Source of the DNA: Epiperipatus broadwayi
Taxonomy: Eukaryota > Animalia > Onychophora
Direction: 5' to 3'
DNA length: 64,000 nucleotides
Assembly (NCBI GenBank): GCA_028023455.1
Contig: JAQFVV010000009.1
Location: 9,362,001-9,426,000, forward strand
Part shown: one piece after another, positions 50,963-64,000 of the stretch
How positions within the stretch are numbered: position 1 is the stretch's first letter
Layout: every line of letters begins with the position of its first letter
The notes under the pieces: model-generated
The model's database searches: none
The model's input: only the letters and a program-made list of their open reading frames with translations
What the model was told of the DNA's origin: nothing
Translations under genes and position numbers: made by a program

Positions 50963-52759
50963 AGCACATGTACGTTAACTTGAAAGTCTAATCTTTAGTT
51001 TATTACAATTTAAAAACATAGCACTATATAAATAAATGCCTCATTTACATATTTGTCTTATGTTATTAAAAGATTAGCTGAGATGACTTACAAAGATATG
51101 CAATATGGAGAATGTTTTGCTTATGGCTTTGTTATTTCTATATCACTACAGTGAATAATTAATATTTAAATAGAGTATACTTTAAGAAATATTTGCACAT
51201 AAAAGTTATAGTGTATTTATTTAGTTGTGATACTTCTCAGACCAAGTAAAGCTTATAGGTACAGGTACAAATGTGCAGATTTAAATTTGACTTTTTTATT
51301 TTATCATTCTCCATTATTTTTGGCTCAATGATAAAATATGCATCTATTTAAAATACTTCAAAATGACAGTTATCAGAATTAATATTTGTAAAAAGACTAA
51401 ATAAGGACTTTTATTTCATAAGTATATATTTTTTATTTTCTTTATCATGGTCCATTATAATATATAATTTTAATATTAAATACAACAATTACATGTTTAA
51501 AATATTGAGATTAATACTTAAGTCTTTCGAATGAAATATAAATCTTTTAAATTTTTGCTTCTTTTAAAATATGGAGTTTAGTTCTGTAGATAATTCAATT
51601 TCAAGAGATTTAAAATAATTTATATTATTACCTGGGGCAGGGGGTTATTGATAGGGAAATTTTACAACTTACGATGGAAAGTTGATTCCTGACATCACTA
51701 GTCAGAAGGGTGCTTTGGGTTGTATATCCTTGAATAAAATAATTTGAAAATATTTAAAATGAACCCATAAAAATACTTTTTTAAATCAAATGTTAAGATT
51801 GTATGTTTTGGTTTATTATTTATAATACAGGTCAACTACCATTAATTGGAAAATCTGGATTCAAAGTTCAGTTCACATTCAAAAAATGTTTGAAATAGCA
51901 TAGACAATCAACTACAAATCTATAATTACATCAATAAAATAAAAATGTTTAATGATTAAAAAACTTAAATATAATTTATTAGTGAAAACTCTTTAAAAAA
52001 TAATCTAATGAAAAATAAATAAATAAATTTAAATTCATTATTTATATTTACTTGATTACAAAGAAGTTTTATATTGGTAATTAGTGTAATTTGAATACTT
52101 TACTTTTGTAAAAACTGCACCATTTTTATATCATAAAATGATAGTAAAAAGAGAAATGTTAAAAAATTTATAGTATTACTAAAACATCTATATTGCATTA
52201 AAAAAATAATTAAGCAAAAAAAAATACCTTAAATCCATTACCTATTTACGTTTACTTGAAATTTTGCATCACTAAATGTTAAAAAATTCATAATAAAATT
52301 TTAATCTTCTTTGAATATTTTATAAAGAAATTTCTGCTTTATGAAAATTATTCTTTTATTTACATTTTAAAATAAATGTTTAGCACAGATTCAAAAATTT
52401 TTGTTTTAAATATCATACAACATTAAAAATAATAACAGATAAGTTGACATGACTTTTTAGCAATTTAACTTTTTACAGAAAGGGAATATATAGTGATATT
52501 ATTTATAATGATATGAAGGTAAATTGAATCAACATGGGTTGATGGGAAATCATTATCATCCTCATAAAATAACTAATCAAATTTAATAAAAAAAAACAAT
52601 GCAGTGAATATAGAATAGAAAGTCAGTATGAACAAAACATAAGATGCATCTTCAGCATTATAAAAAAATAATTAAATAAAAACTAATTAGCAATCAATGC
52701 AGAACAGTCAAAAAATCAACAGCCAACTTTGTGACCAGATTTAAAGGAGATACACTATA

Positions 52760-53290
52760 AAATAGGCTACTTCTCTAGCCACATCCAGACTCAGCAGAAT
52801 ATAACACAATTATTTAGATGTACATACTTAAATGTTGATCCACCATTCATAATAAAAAATAATGCTAAAATACTGAAATATGCTGATCATCATTGATGCC
52901 CTGACCATATATTATTATTAATATACTAGCCATCTATAAACTAATTTTATCATAAACAAAACAAAATGATATGAATGGACTTTAAAGAATACTTTGCACT
53001 ATCCAGAGTTATCACCAAGATGCCCAAATACCAGCATAAACCCCTACATCTATAGAAATAACTATTATAGTCTGAACTAGCTCAGAAAACAAGAACTATA
53101 TGAATCATTACTGTAAGCAAGAGATACATAAATATAATAACTTATTATAATTTACTTTAAGATTACAATACTAGGGTAATTTGAAAACAATTCCTCAAAT
53201 TATAAGCTGTATTAAAATCAAGTCACACACATTTCCAATTCATGGAACAGATAGTTGGAGGAATAAATACATTAATGCTAGAACATTTTA
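52760..53290 (+). mobile_element. Decayed LINE 3' region, copy 3
   Basis: Shares the motifs listed for 13320-14200 and 24290-24790. Confidence 0.5.
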
Positions 53291-54454
53291 TCAAAAATAT
53301 AGTTTCATATTTAAAAAATTAACCATTTGATTTTCATTTGTCAATTGGATTAACCTTTTCTGTAACAGTTATTTTATTTGCAATAAGTAAAATTGAAAAA
53401 ATGACTTTTAACCAGAGATTACAAATTAAATTGGCTTAATCCTTTGTATAATTTGGGGGTGTGTAGGAATAAATAAATAAAATAAAATAAAACATGTCAA
53501 ATTTAATAAAAATTAATTACTAAGAAAACTATAATTTTGAAAGGAGAAAAAAATCACATAAATGAAAAAAAATCACATGAATAAAAAATGTTCCAATTGA
53601 AAAAAAAAAATACTAATAAAACTATTAATTATTATCAATTGTTAACTAATTTTAAAACATTATAAATGTCACATTAATGTTTTTACCATGGTTTTATTTT
53701 CTTTTGGGATTTCTTCTTTGCATTTATAATTTCCAGATTTTTTATGAAAATTTTCACTTTCAGTTTAATTAAAATTATATAATCTTGTGTGAAAATGAAA
53801 ACTGTCATAATTTGCTTTGTTTTTTTAAAAATAACAGAATTTCAAATATTTTGATTTCAGCTGTCAAAATTACAAATAAATATATATTATATATTTAAGG
53901 ATAGATTAAAATTCATCATAAATAAGGTAAAATTTCTATTTAATGAAGTTATATTATTTTAAATAACTGACATAATGTTGTGCTGACATTAAAGTTGTAA
54001 ATACATTTTGTTGGGGAAGGGATTTGAAAATTTATTTTTAATGTGGAAAATAATAAATCTTTTGCATTTAAAAAATATTGTATAGAAAGTTTCAATTTTC
54101 ATACAGCTTAAGGGTAAATTAAAAATTGTTATGATTATTAATTCCAATCATCTGTTTCTCTTTTAATATTTGATAATTTAATAATCTACCAGTTTGACAT
54201 TAGAAGTTATCACCACATTTTATCTTTCATTTGTTATTAAAAACACTTTTAACATTAAAATTGTGATATTTTTTTTGAACTATTGCAGTCAGTTCAGATC
54301 AACTTCTAAAGTGTAATTTTTTTCTTAAAATGTTCAGACAAAAAAGATCCCCCCCTCCTCCTTTATGTCTCAAAAATAACAGTATGATATTAGAAGTTGC
54401 TACTTGCATTTTATGTTTTTTATTTTTACTGAAAATAAACTTTTGTCATAGAAT

Positions 54455-54608
54455 TGTGATTTTAATATTATTTATATCCTTTATTACTTTTTACAGTGTT
54501 TTTTTTACAAACCATGACAGTTTGTAAAAAAGCATTGTAAAAGGTAATAAAGAACATAAATGATATTAATATTATATGAATTTGGCAATGCAATAAGAAA
54601 GATAAAGA
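54455..54608 (-). mobile_element. Family-3 fold-back copy lacking the HHR loop
   Basis: Reverse complement of 44243-44350 (ctttatctttcttattgcattgccaaat...) with a short residual loop. Confidence 0.7.
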
Positions 54609-55876
54609 ATTATGTTTTCTTTACTTCTAGTTTATATAGTCAGTTCGAAATTTTATAGAAGTTTAATTTCTTTATAAAAATATTCAGATAAATATCTGAC
54701 CTCGTGGTTTCCCCTTTTCATGCGTGATGACTACTAAAGAAATAACAATATAACAAAGTGGCACATTTGTTTGTTTAATTGATTTTTTTACCAATTAAAC
54801 TTTTTCTTTAATGTCTGTGTTTTAAAATTGTTAGTCTATATATATTTTTGTGATAACAAAATGGCTGATATAAAAATATTAAGAAAGGGAAAGATTAGAA
54901 TTCACATATATGAGAATAATAATAGGTACTTGTATGCAAGAGTATATATAAAAAATAATATATAATTTTTTTACAGTGCTTTTATTTAAATAAAATTCAA
55001 AAAGACTTCAAATGCTTTTATGAAATGACAATATTCCTGAAATTTCCTATTATTTTATAATAAGACTAAATTCTTAAGATCTCTGATATTTTCCAAGAAT
55101 GGCAAATAAACCAAAATCCAGTTGTTTTCTACTTTTGAGTCAGATTACTTTGTTATCTTTCTACCTTTTAGTTGGCTAGTACTATTTAAATAAAAGTAGT
55201 ATTAAAAAAAATTTTTTTTTTGCATATTATTATGTTAAAACTAAAAAAAAAAATAAAATCTGATCCAGAATAAATTTCAAAAATGTGGACATACAGACAA
55301 AAACATATACAGACCCAATAAATTAATAAATAACATACAGGATAATAATGTTTGTATGATGATGTTTCAAATTAAAAAACAAAAACAAATAATGAATGAC
55401 TAAAAACAGCACACATATAACCAAATAGATCAAGAATTCATTGTAAATATATATCAAATATTTTTATGTAAAGATTTGAGTATATTAGGGTTTAAATAAG
55501 TAGAGATAAACCTATTCATATATATCTTCTTAGAAATATTAATTATAAATAATAATGCAGATTATGGGTTCAGTACTTTCTACTTAGAGTGAAAATTCTA
55601 TAATATTTTAACTCTTTAGCTACAAATACCTACTGAAAATAATCTGAAATTACATATGAATTAATTACATAATACTTGCAAAAAAAAATTAGTTCCAATC
55701 TAGTTTGAAACCTTCTGCCAATATTACATATTCAATTCTCTCATGACTTTTTTCAATTAAAGTATTATTGTAAGTCAATATAAATGATTATTTTTATTTT
55801 CATCTTTTATTTGATAAATACCATATTTAGGCACAGAGTTACTAATATGTGTTTGTGTGTATATATTCGTAGTATT

Positions 55877-56059
55877 ATTTCTGGGAGCTTTCATGTAATA
55901 AAAATATAATAGCTAAATAGCTGATGTTTCAGTACAACAACAAGAACTTTTTCTTTCTTATGATTTGAGAAAGAAGCTCTGAGAAAAGTATTTGTTATTG
56001 TACTAAAACATCAGTTATTTAGCTATTATATTTTTATTACATGGAAGCTCCCAAAAATA
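55877..56059. mobile_element. Fold-back MITE-like element
   Basis: ~68-bp arms with about 5 mismatches (tatttctgggagctttcatgtaataaaaatataatagctaaat...). Confidence 0.85.
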
Positions 56060-56249
56060 GAACTATGAATTCATTATTTGTCCATGAGAATATTAGAATA
56101 TATATATATATATATCATGTCAGTTTTTGTGCATAAAGTTTTGTTTTTGATTACACATTTGCCAATCCCTAATCAAACTTTATATATATTAAGATCAAAA
56201 TCTGGATTCAACTATCCAAAAATCTAAAATTTACTTAGCCGAGATGTCC

Positions 56250-56315
56250 TGCATGCTTTGGTGCAGCAGTAGAACATCCGACTTAAAGTTGGGAGATCCA
56301 GCCTCAATTCTGGCA
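56250..56315 (+). mobile_element. Decayed tRNA-derived head
   Basis: TGGTGCAGCAGTAGAACATCCGACTTAAAGTTGGGAGATCC..TCAATTC has A-box, anticodon-arm and B-box-like spacing. Confidence 0.45.
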
Positions 56316-56784
56316 CTCAAACATTCTTTTTCATTATTGGATAAAATAAACATTTTTTAAATCAAACATTTATTAACTTTCATTAAATATTTTGAATGAA
56401 TTACTAAATATTATTTATTACAGAGAAAAATGATTTTTTTTTCAAACTGGCCAAAATTATATACATTGCTAATAAATTTAATAATGTAAATGTAATTATT
56501 AAAAAAACCACATATTGTAAATATTTTATCAAAATATACTTAAAGTGAAAAATAAATCATAATACTAATCAATAAATTATTATATAGCTATTCCTTACAA
56601 GAATTCAAATTCTTCAAAAGAAAATAAACTTTAAAATTAAAAAATGTATTACAATTTGTTATTTGCACTAATTAGATTATATATAATAAATAGATTATCA
56701 CACCTTAAGTTAGGTGTAAATAAATTTGAAGAAATGTCAGTTCCAATTATTGTGAACAAAACATTTTATTATGGTTATCATACT

Positions 56785-56990
56785 ACATGAACAAATTGAC
56801 AAGTTGTTCTGCAATTTTCACAAATTTCAGGAATAACTTACTTTATCAGCTACCTTGAAGTACAACCAATAATCTGTATGACTGTTATAATTGTGTAGAT
56901 TGTTGAACATGTTCCAAGGCAAATGATAGTAAAAAATTGTTCCTAAAATACATGCATATTGCAGAAGAATTTGTCAACTTTTTTCATATA
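56785..56990. repeat. Degenerate fold-back inverted repeat
   Basis: ttgacaagttgttctgcaat...aggaataact...acaaccaataatct mirrored by agattgttgaaca...ttgttccta...attgcagaagaatttgtcaa. Confidence 0.65.
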
Positions 56991-57575
56991 GTACATCATC
57001 CATAATAATAATAAATAGGCACTTGTAAATGAGTATGGCCATTTCAACTGCAAAAAAAAAAGGAGAGTAAGAGAGAAAAACTATTCTCAAATCGAATCCC
57101 AAATATGCCCATGTGCAGAACATTTTGGTTAATTTTCTGAAATTCTTCATGTCTAATTGTAACTCTCCAATATATTCTATTATTTGCTACTTCTACCCAA
57201 TGGAAACATTTAATGTTACACTTCTTTAGAATGCCTTTGAAGTAATCCTTATAATATAGACAAGGTCTAACTCTACCATATAAAACATGTTCAACATCTC
57301 TATAAAAACTCTAAAGAAGTCTTGCATTGTTTATTCATTTTACACATCTAATCCAACAGGGGAGGGGGTTTACAAGGGTGGTCTCCATAGTATCACATCC
57401 AGAAAATTAAATAACATGTTGATTGGTTTTATGATCTTGCCATTTTATTTTTAAAATTTTATGGAGCAGTCTTAAATGAAGCTTTTCTAATGTCTTTATA
57501 ATGCATGATAAGGCATCCAAGTTTCATTTCCATACAATAAATTAGATAAAATAATAGCTCTCTATATAATTAACT

Positions 57576-57685
57576 TAGGCAAAATTCTCCATACAGTAGT
57601 GTCACTCAGTGCAAGCCAGATTAATCAATGGATGCAAGATTTGTGCATAAAGTCCCTATCTAGTGCCTACTCATCCAATATCCCC
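57576..57685 (-). mobile_element. Partial copy of the 4463-4647 MITE
   Basis: Reverse complement of 4537-4640. Confidence 0.8.
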
Positions 57686-58229
57686 AGATTAGTTTCTAGC
57701 TTGTGGGTTTCATCAATGAAGAGCCTTGGATCTGAGAGCACTGCACCTAGATCTTAGGATATAATGCAACTCTCCAGCAGCCACCTTTTACCTCTTTAGG
57801 TAACTATAAAACCATGAGTCTAAAATTAAAAACAATATTTTCAATCCAAGCTCATTAGCTTATATAGTCATACTGGTCTGAACTCAGTTCAGTATCCATA
57901 CACTTTGGTTCTTTAATAACTATAGCCACCACTATCCTATTAGGCAGGATTGGTGTTAAACCACTAAACAACACATGAACACATTTATCATGCTATATAT
58001 ACAGCTTGAGCAAACATAAGAAATGGTGATCATATGATGTTTGATGGTATAATTAACTTAGTTGTAGTAGTTATATCCCTGTGAAAGAATACTCTTTTTT
58101 AATTTGTTAAAAACACCAACTACACATTAGAGTCCATGTTATATCTCAATGTCACTTTTCTATTTATAAAACTGCTAAGGTATTTAAACTGGTTTCCATT
58201 CTCAAACTGATAAAAATCCAAGCTGATAA

Positions 58230-58266
58230 AGAATTATTATTATTATTATTATTATTATTATTGTTG

Positions 58267-58310
<44 letters not shown>

Positions 58311-58314
58311 GTTG

Positions 58315-58349
<35 letters not shown>

Positions 58350-60088
58350 GTTGTTGTTGTTGTTGTTGTTGTTATTCAGAATGAATAAACTCTTGAAGTT
58401 TTATTTAAGCTTCGTTGTTATCTTATTTAATTAAAATACAATTATCCAACTGTCAACTGACTGCATAGCCCTGGATATATTATTTGGCATACATTGACAA
58501 TCTAACCTGTGAGACCAGAAATATATTATTTGGCACAGATCAACAGTTTAACCTGTGAAGCTTAGATAAGTATTAGTTGAAGCTATTAAATTTAGTGGTG
58601 TAGTGAACCAAAAATGCAGAACAACATGACAACAACATTTGATGTACAAAATCTGGATCAATGGTAAATATATACAAATCATATTGAAAAGTATATACTT
58701 ATGAATGGATTGCTCAAAGAAACTCAACATATAAAAATTGTATTTTAATGATGGGCTGTGTTATAATTCCATCTGTAGGTAGGAAAAGTATTCTACATTT
58801 ATTACATAAGGAACATCCTGGTATTATGATGAAGTTGGCATGTTCATATGTTTGGTGGATAGAGTTAAATGGCCTTTTTCATGAAAAAAATTTCTTTGCA
58901 GTCATGGATGTATATTTTAAATGTGTTGAATATCATGTAATCAATTACACAAGAATAGAAAAAAGTCAAATAGTTAACAATAAAACAGTTCCAAATAAAA
59001 GTAGAAAGAAAAATGTCTATTTGGAAAATGTAAAACTTACTGTGAACCAAAGCATATGGATTAAAGATATAATAAAGAGAAATGGCTGCTGAAATAATTA
59101 TAAAAATAGTATCAGAAAAAATACGCAAAATAGGGTTAGATGACAGTAGAGTATTTAAACTTCATATTAACCATATTAAAAAATGGGGAATAAAATCATT
59201 AGAAGCAGTGATTATTCCAAACTTTGAGAAAAGAAGACAAAATAAAGTGAAAACTTCACTTAGCTCACTATTGAAATCAATATTGTGGAAAGAGAAAATA
59301 CTACAGAACAAGAGAAAGAAAATTGAACTTCAACAAAGCCTATCCAAGAACAGAAAGAGATCGATAAAGCTGCAAGACTATGTTGTGAATAAAACTGAAA
59401 ATATTGTAGATTGAGCAGAACCTGCAAAAATTATTTATGAATCAAATTGTGTATTTCTGGAGTAGAGTGAAGGATGGTGTGTATACACATATATATATTT
59501 TATTAAAAATATATAAAGGTGTGTGTTACAGGCATTTAATGTAGATATACTAAAATATTCCACAGACAAAATAAATTAACTAATTAATTATGCAGAAAGA
59601 GAAAATTTACTGAAAACAGCAACAAACTAATTTGCAAGTAAAGAAGTTATTTTATGAAAATTAGAAAAACTGATAAATAGTCTGCAGAATAATTAAGAGA
59701 ATTTAAAAAAATCTAATGTAAAGATAAACTAGTGAAAGTGAAGTTGTTCTTGATATTAAAAAAGACGAGTCCTAGTCAAGAAGCTAATTGGATTCTCTCT
59801 GAATTAACGTGTGTGAGAAAATTGTACTTATAGAATTAGAATTATAAACTACTAAGTTAGAAAACTGCTAAGTAAGAGATTATAGATATTAAGTCTATAA
59901 GAAGATTTGAACTTCAAAAAGATCTGAGTAATATTCTCAACTAGCAATAAGTAAGTTGAATTACTAATATCACTATCATTATTCAAAATAAACAAGAATT
60001 TTTTTATTTAAACTTTGTTGTTTTCTTATTTAATTAAAATATAATTATCCAGCTGCCAACTGACTCCATGGCCCTGGATATACTAACA
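58230..60088 (+). mobile_element. Internally deleted Gypsy LTR element (gag N-terminus joined to integrase)
   Basis: Direct repeats 58384-58480 / 59988-60082; PBS-like TTTGGCA; gag-like FDVQNLDQW..YTNHIEKY; integrase VIIP..LHKEHPGI.MK..SYVWW; DSRVFKLHINHIK; terminal RKRSIKLQDYV*; PPT; 3' LTR TG(59478)..CA(60088). Confidence 0.85.
58234..58375. repeat. (ATT)n/(GTT)n microsatellite in the 5' LTR remnant
   Basis: Read directly; the aligned 3' LTR position carries only atcactatcattatt. Confidence 0.95.
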
Positions 60089-60149
60089 TTACAAAGACTT
60101 CTTTTTACTTCACTAAGCTGCAAACGTCTCCCGAATCTAAATAAGTAAA

Positions 60150-61450
60150 TAAAATGGATATATCATTAAAAGTCTTCATTTCAATTCTTGTTATCATTAT
60201 TCAAAAAATAATCAAAATATTTTGCCCATATATTCAAAATCTCACTGTTATTATATAAGAGAGTGACATTGTTGGATTTAATAGGATTGTGATTCCACTT
60301 CTCAGAACCATATTTTATTTTCAATGCATCAAAAAAAAGATGCAGAATGACCATGATTAGTGAATGTCTGTATTTTCTTTACAGTTGCCACGTTTTTAAA
60401 ATTAAATCACTAATAATAAGATCACTGTGAGAACATGAATCTTCTTTTTAATGAACCAGAAATAGATTTACTTGTGTCTATAACACACTCTTTAAGTGAA
60501 TTCTATGCTTCAGTAGTATGATAGTCCTGAAAACTAAAATTAACAACTTTAGTATTTAATAGTAAAGAATGAGCATCAGTTTTCTTGTGAATACACATAT
60601 GGTTGCTATAACATTTATTTTTTAAAAAGTATATTATAATATACTATATATATGATGATCAAAGATGACATCTCTTTACATTTAATTATTTGATTATATA
60701 TTTATTTTTATACTTTAGCTTATCATTACCAATATGTAATTAAAATAGCACAAACTTTTATACACATTAAGATTTATGCAGTTTGGCTTATCTTCATATG
60801 ACATCATTTGAGCAAGTTTTTTCTGATTTCAAAGTAATGGTTACACAAAATCTTTCGCTGATATTTTTTCCATCAGCTAAAAAATTTAAGTATATGATTT
60901 TATCTATAATTTTCATTTAATATCTCATGGGTAGCAGCTTTTAGTCATCATACTATTATATATCATGAATAAAAAGTTCTTTCAAATTAATTTCCTCTTT
61001 ATTTGACCAATAGACAAGTATATGGATTACCAAAGCCTCTTTGTCCTACCAGAACAGTAAAAAAAAAAATGCATTATTTCAATTACGATATTCCTTCAAT
61101 CTAAACTATTTTGGTTGTGCTTTTTTTTTTAATAGATTCCTTTTTACCTCAACATTATTTATAGTATTTTTACTGATAAGTGTTCTGATTTTATTTAAAT
61201 ATAGACTTCAAAGGAATTTTAAGCCAAACATTATTAGCCAATTTAAAAATACAATCAACCCATTTGTTGTTGTTTTTTTTTTTTTCAAAATTACAGAATT
61301 GTAACAGAATTTTTAATAGTTACCCATCCATTCTGTCTTGCTCTAATAGATTTAACAATTTTATCACTACTCTTATCAAAAGATCTATTTCTCAAGGATA
61401 TCAAAAGCAATCTAATTGTAATAAATCCAAAAATGTCTTCAAAGCTAATA
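60150..61450 (-). mobile_element. RTE-clade LINE remnant
   Basis: DALKIKYG...PIKS...LL...EILNIWAKYFDYFLN (~60200-60335) matches the RTE linker; weaker EN-like fragments extend to ~61450. Confidence 0.55.
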
Positions 61451-64000
61451 TTTGTCTATTAAAAATCTAGAAATTACTAAAAAAAAAAACTTATAAAATC
61501 AATAGCTTAATTGCTTATCTCAAACAATTTCATCATTAATAAATAAATGATTTTAATTTACCTGACAAATCTTATGCAAATGAACACATGATGTAAGTTG
61601 TTTTTATTGTAAATTTCTGTATGTTAACCAGAGAGTTCTACTAGAGTATTTAATGAGTCAAGTTATTCCTTGAAACTTATTGAAGTGTTTTGTAATTATT
61701 ACACAATTGATGTTTTGTTTTTTTAAATATATTTTTAAAAATTCTGATGGATTGCTTAATAAGAGCTATTTGTAACTAAAGTCAGTCTTAAAGCCATTAA
61801 CCATTATAATTAGAAATGTTAATTAAATAATTCGTTATTTTTAAATAAATTTTAATTGAAAACATTAAACTATTTTGGCATCAGTATAAACTATAAAAGA
61901 AATTGAGTTTTCTAATTCAATTATAGTTTCATCATCCAAGACTCTTCTAAATATACCATTAGTCTAGCAATGAATGTTATGGATCATTTCAGCTTTTTTA
62001 AGTCACAGATGCCGGCACACAAAAAATAAAAAAATAAATAAAATTCGAACTTGATGTAAATGTTTAAACATGGAAATAGTTTTTGAGATAATTTGATATA
62101 TCGATGAGAAAAGAATGTTAATCAAATAATTAAATGACTTTGTAATGATAGTTACAATAGAAAATAATAATTATTAATAATAGATTAATAGAATCCATTA
62201 TAAATATTTTATAATTATTCAGTTGGATATTAAGGTTTTCCTTATATTTTTATGAATATTTTAATTACATATGTTTAAAGAAGTAACATTATTTTGAATC
62301 TTTTGAACAAATAGTAGATATAGTATTATTTTAAGGAAGATGAGCATAGTTTGTTTGCATTTAAGATTAATAAATGACATCTACATTATGATCTATTTTC
62401 AACAAACTAATTTCGAAATAAACATGATTATTTTTAAAAACAAATCCCTTTATCAGCTTAAAATTAAAGCAACCAATGATATTCTAAAACAATTACGATA
62501 AAATTATATCCTGTAATTAAATATAAGAAATAAACTCAGAATATTACATATTACTGAAAATTCTAATTATATTTTTTTACTATCACAAATAACAAAGGTA
62601 ATCAGCAACAACATGCTGGTATAATTTGATTATACAACATAACAAAGAAGTTTACATCCTGGTGGCTAAGATCACCAAAATAGTTATAAATGCATCAACT
62701 TACAGTAAACACTCTATAATACTGCCAATATGATTACAGACATGGTAAATAACCATCCAGAAAAACAGTATAAACTCTGCCAATGATTAACTATAAATGG
62801 ACATCATGTTATGCAAGTAAATAAATATCTGCTGTTAAAATAAACTGACTATTTCCAGCTAAATATAGGTTATATAAAATGAATTTATAAATTGTTTGTT
62901 ATATATCGGTATTTATTGTTCAATTAAATATAAAGATTTGTTAATTTTAAGTTTATTGCCTTTGAATTATTCATAAATATAACACTATGTATATTTTATT
63001 ATTGATAATTGAGAGTGTTTTTAATCTCAACATGACTATAAAAGTATTATGAAGTAGAATTTAGATATTTTAATTACATCAATTTCATGATAGCTTTCTG
63101 ATTTTTGTTTATGATTAATGTGAATGGGTTGGCAGTTTATTCTACAATATTTAAAGGAGCATATTGATTTGCTTATAATTGTGATAGAGAGATTACTATC
63201 ACTGGATTGATTCCTCAGTATTAAATAGATCATATCAGCAGTCTATACACTGGACTCTCAGAAATGTAGATTTTAAGTATGCACTCTTTGCTGCCTTGCT
63301 TTGGTTGAGTTGTTTAATTGATATTTGGATTTACATGCAGTAGAAATAAGCAGGAGGTGATAATGTTATATCTACAGTAAATATATTGTAATGATTTGAT
63401 AATATTTAGGCAATTAATGAAGTAAGAATGAAAAAAAAAAATTGAGTGATTAATTATATCTGGGATTTAATTAAATATGATTGTTATAATCAAGATATTT
63501 ACAAATATTTCATATGGCTATAATATAAGCCAGTGAATGATTCTTATTTATAAGACAGATAAGTGAGATATAAAATATATGGTTCAGGTTGAATGTTAGT
63601 CAATATAGCTAGAGTATTTTTTGAGAATAAGGTTAAAATAATATTCTTGGATTAGTGATTTAAAACAATTTTTTTTTTTTGTAAAATAAATATCAGTAAT
63701 TTTGACATGTTTATATAAGAATATTGAATATAATATAAGTAATAATTAAGTTATCATTAGATTTATGTTTTAGACTTGTTGGTGTATAGAATTTATTTCC
63801 TTTTTTTACTGATTATGTGTTCAAGTGTAGATTAATACTTGTGGTATGTCATCAAAAAAAAAAAAATCCATTTTTTTTTTATTGCCAACTATTTAAGGAC
63901 TTGGGATAATTCTATGTTAGTTATTCAATTATGGCTTACATTTCAGGTTATCAGTGAATAACTGCAATTTTTAAATAATGAATAGCCATAACAAATGTTT

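Noticed and set aside
51627-51645. TTACCTGGGGCAGGGG resembling the U1 snRNA 5' end
   Set aside because: Similarity stops after ~15 nt; no Sm site or U1 stem-loops.
54724-54870. C/D snoRNA-like GTGATGA...CTGA
   Set aside because: Spacing is too long, with no terminal stem or C'/D' boxes; expected by chance.
58865-59128. 87-aa minus-strand ORF
   Set aside because: Antisense shadow of the Gypsy integrase region.

Overview
Very AT-rich, CpG-depleted eukaryotic DNA with spliceosomal GT-AG introns. It looks like an invertebrate, probably an arthropod; this is inferred from composition and TE content. The only host coding sequence I can support well is the 5' end of an unidentified minus-strand gene (two phase-0 exons at 2529-2891). 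The rest is mostly intron-like or intergenic sequence full of decayed mobile elements: RTE-clade and I/Jockey-like LINE fragments, an internally deleted Gypsy element, hAT MITEs, a Helitron-like element with internal tandem arrays, tRNA-derived SINE heads, microsatellites and at least ten long fold-back (inverted-repeat) elements. The most notable signal is a Penelope-like retroelement (PLE, about 38400-41030; RT plus C-terminal GIY-YIG). Both of its terminal repeats contain a tRNA-Lys-like Pol III head followed by a minimal hammerhead-ribozyme (HHR) motif. The same module occurs without any ORF as a head-to-head dimer at about 18890-19385. Three further, unrelated HHR-like motifs occur: one in the fold-back at 27.7-28.6 kb (catalytic core intact), one in the fold-back at 44.2-44.5 kb, and one next to a PLE RT remnant at 17.06 kb. 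All assignments are by-eye motif and translation matches; no searches were run, and the boundaries of decayed elements are approximate.
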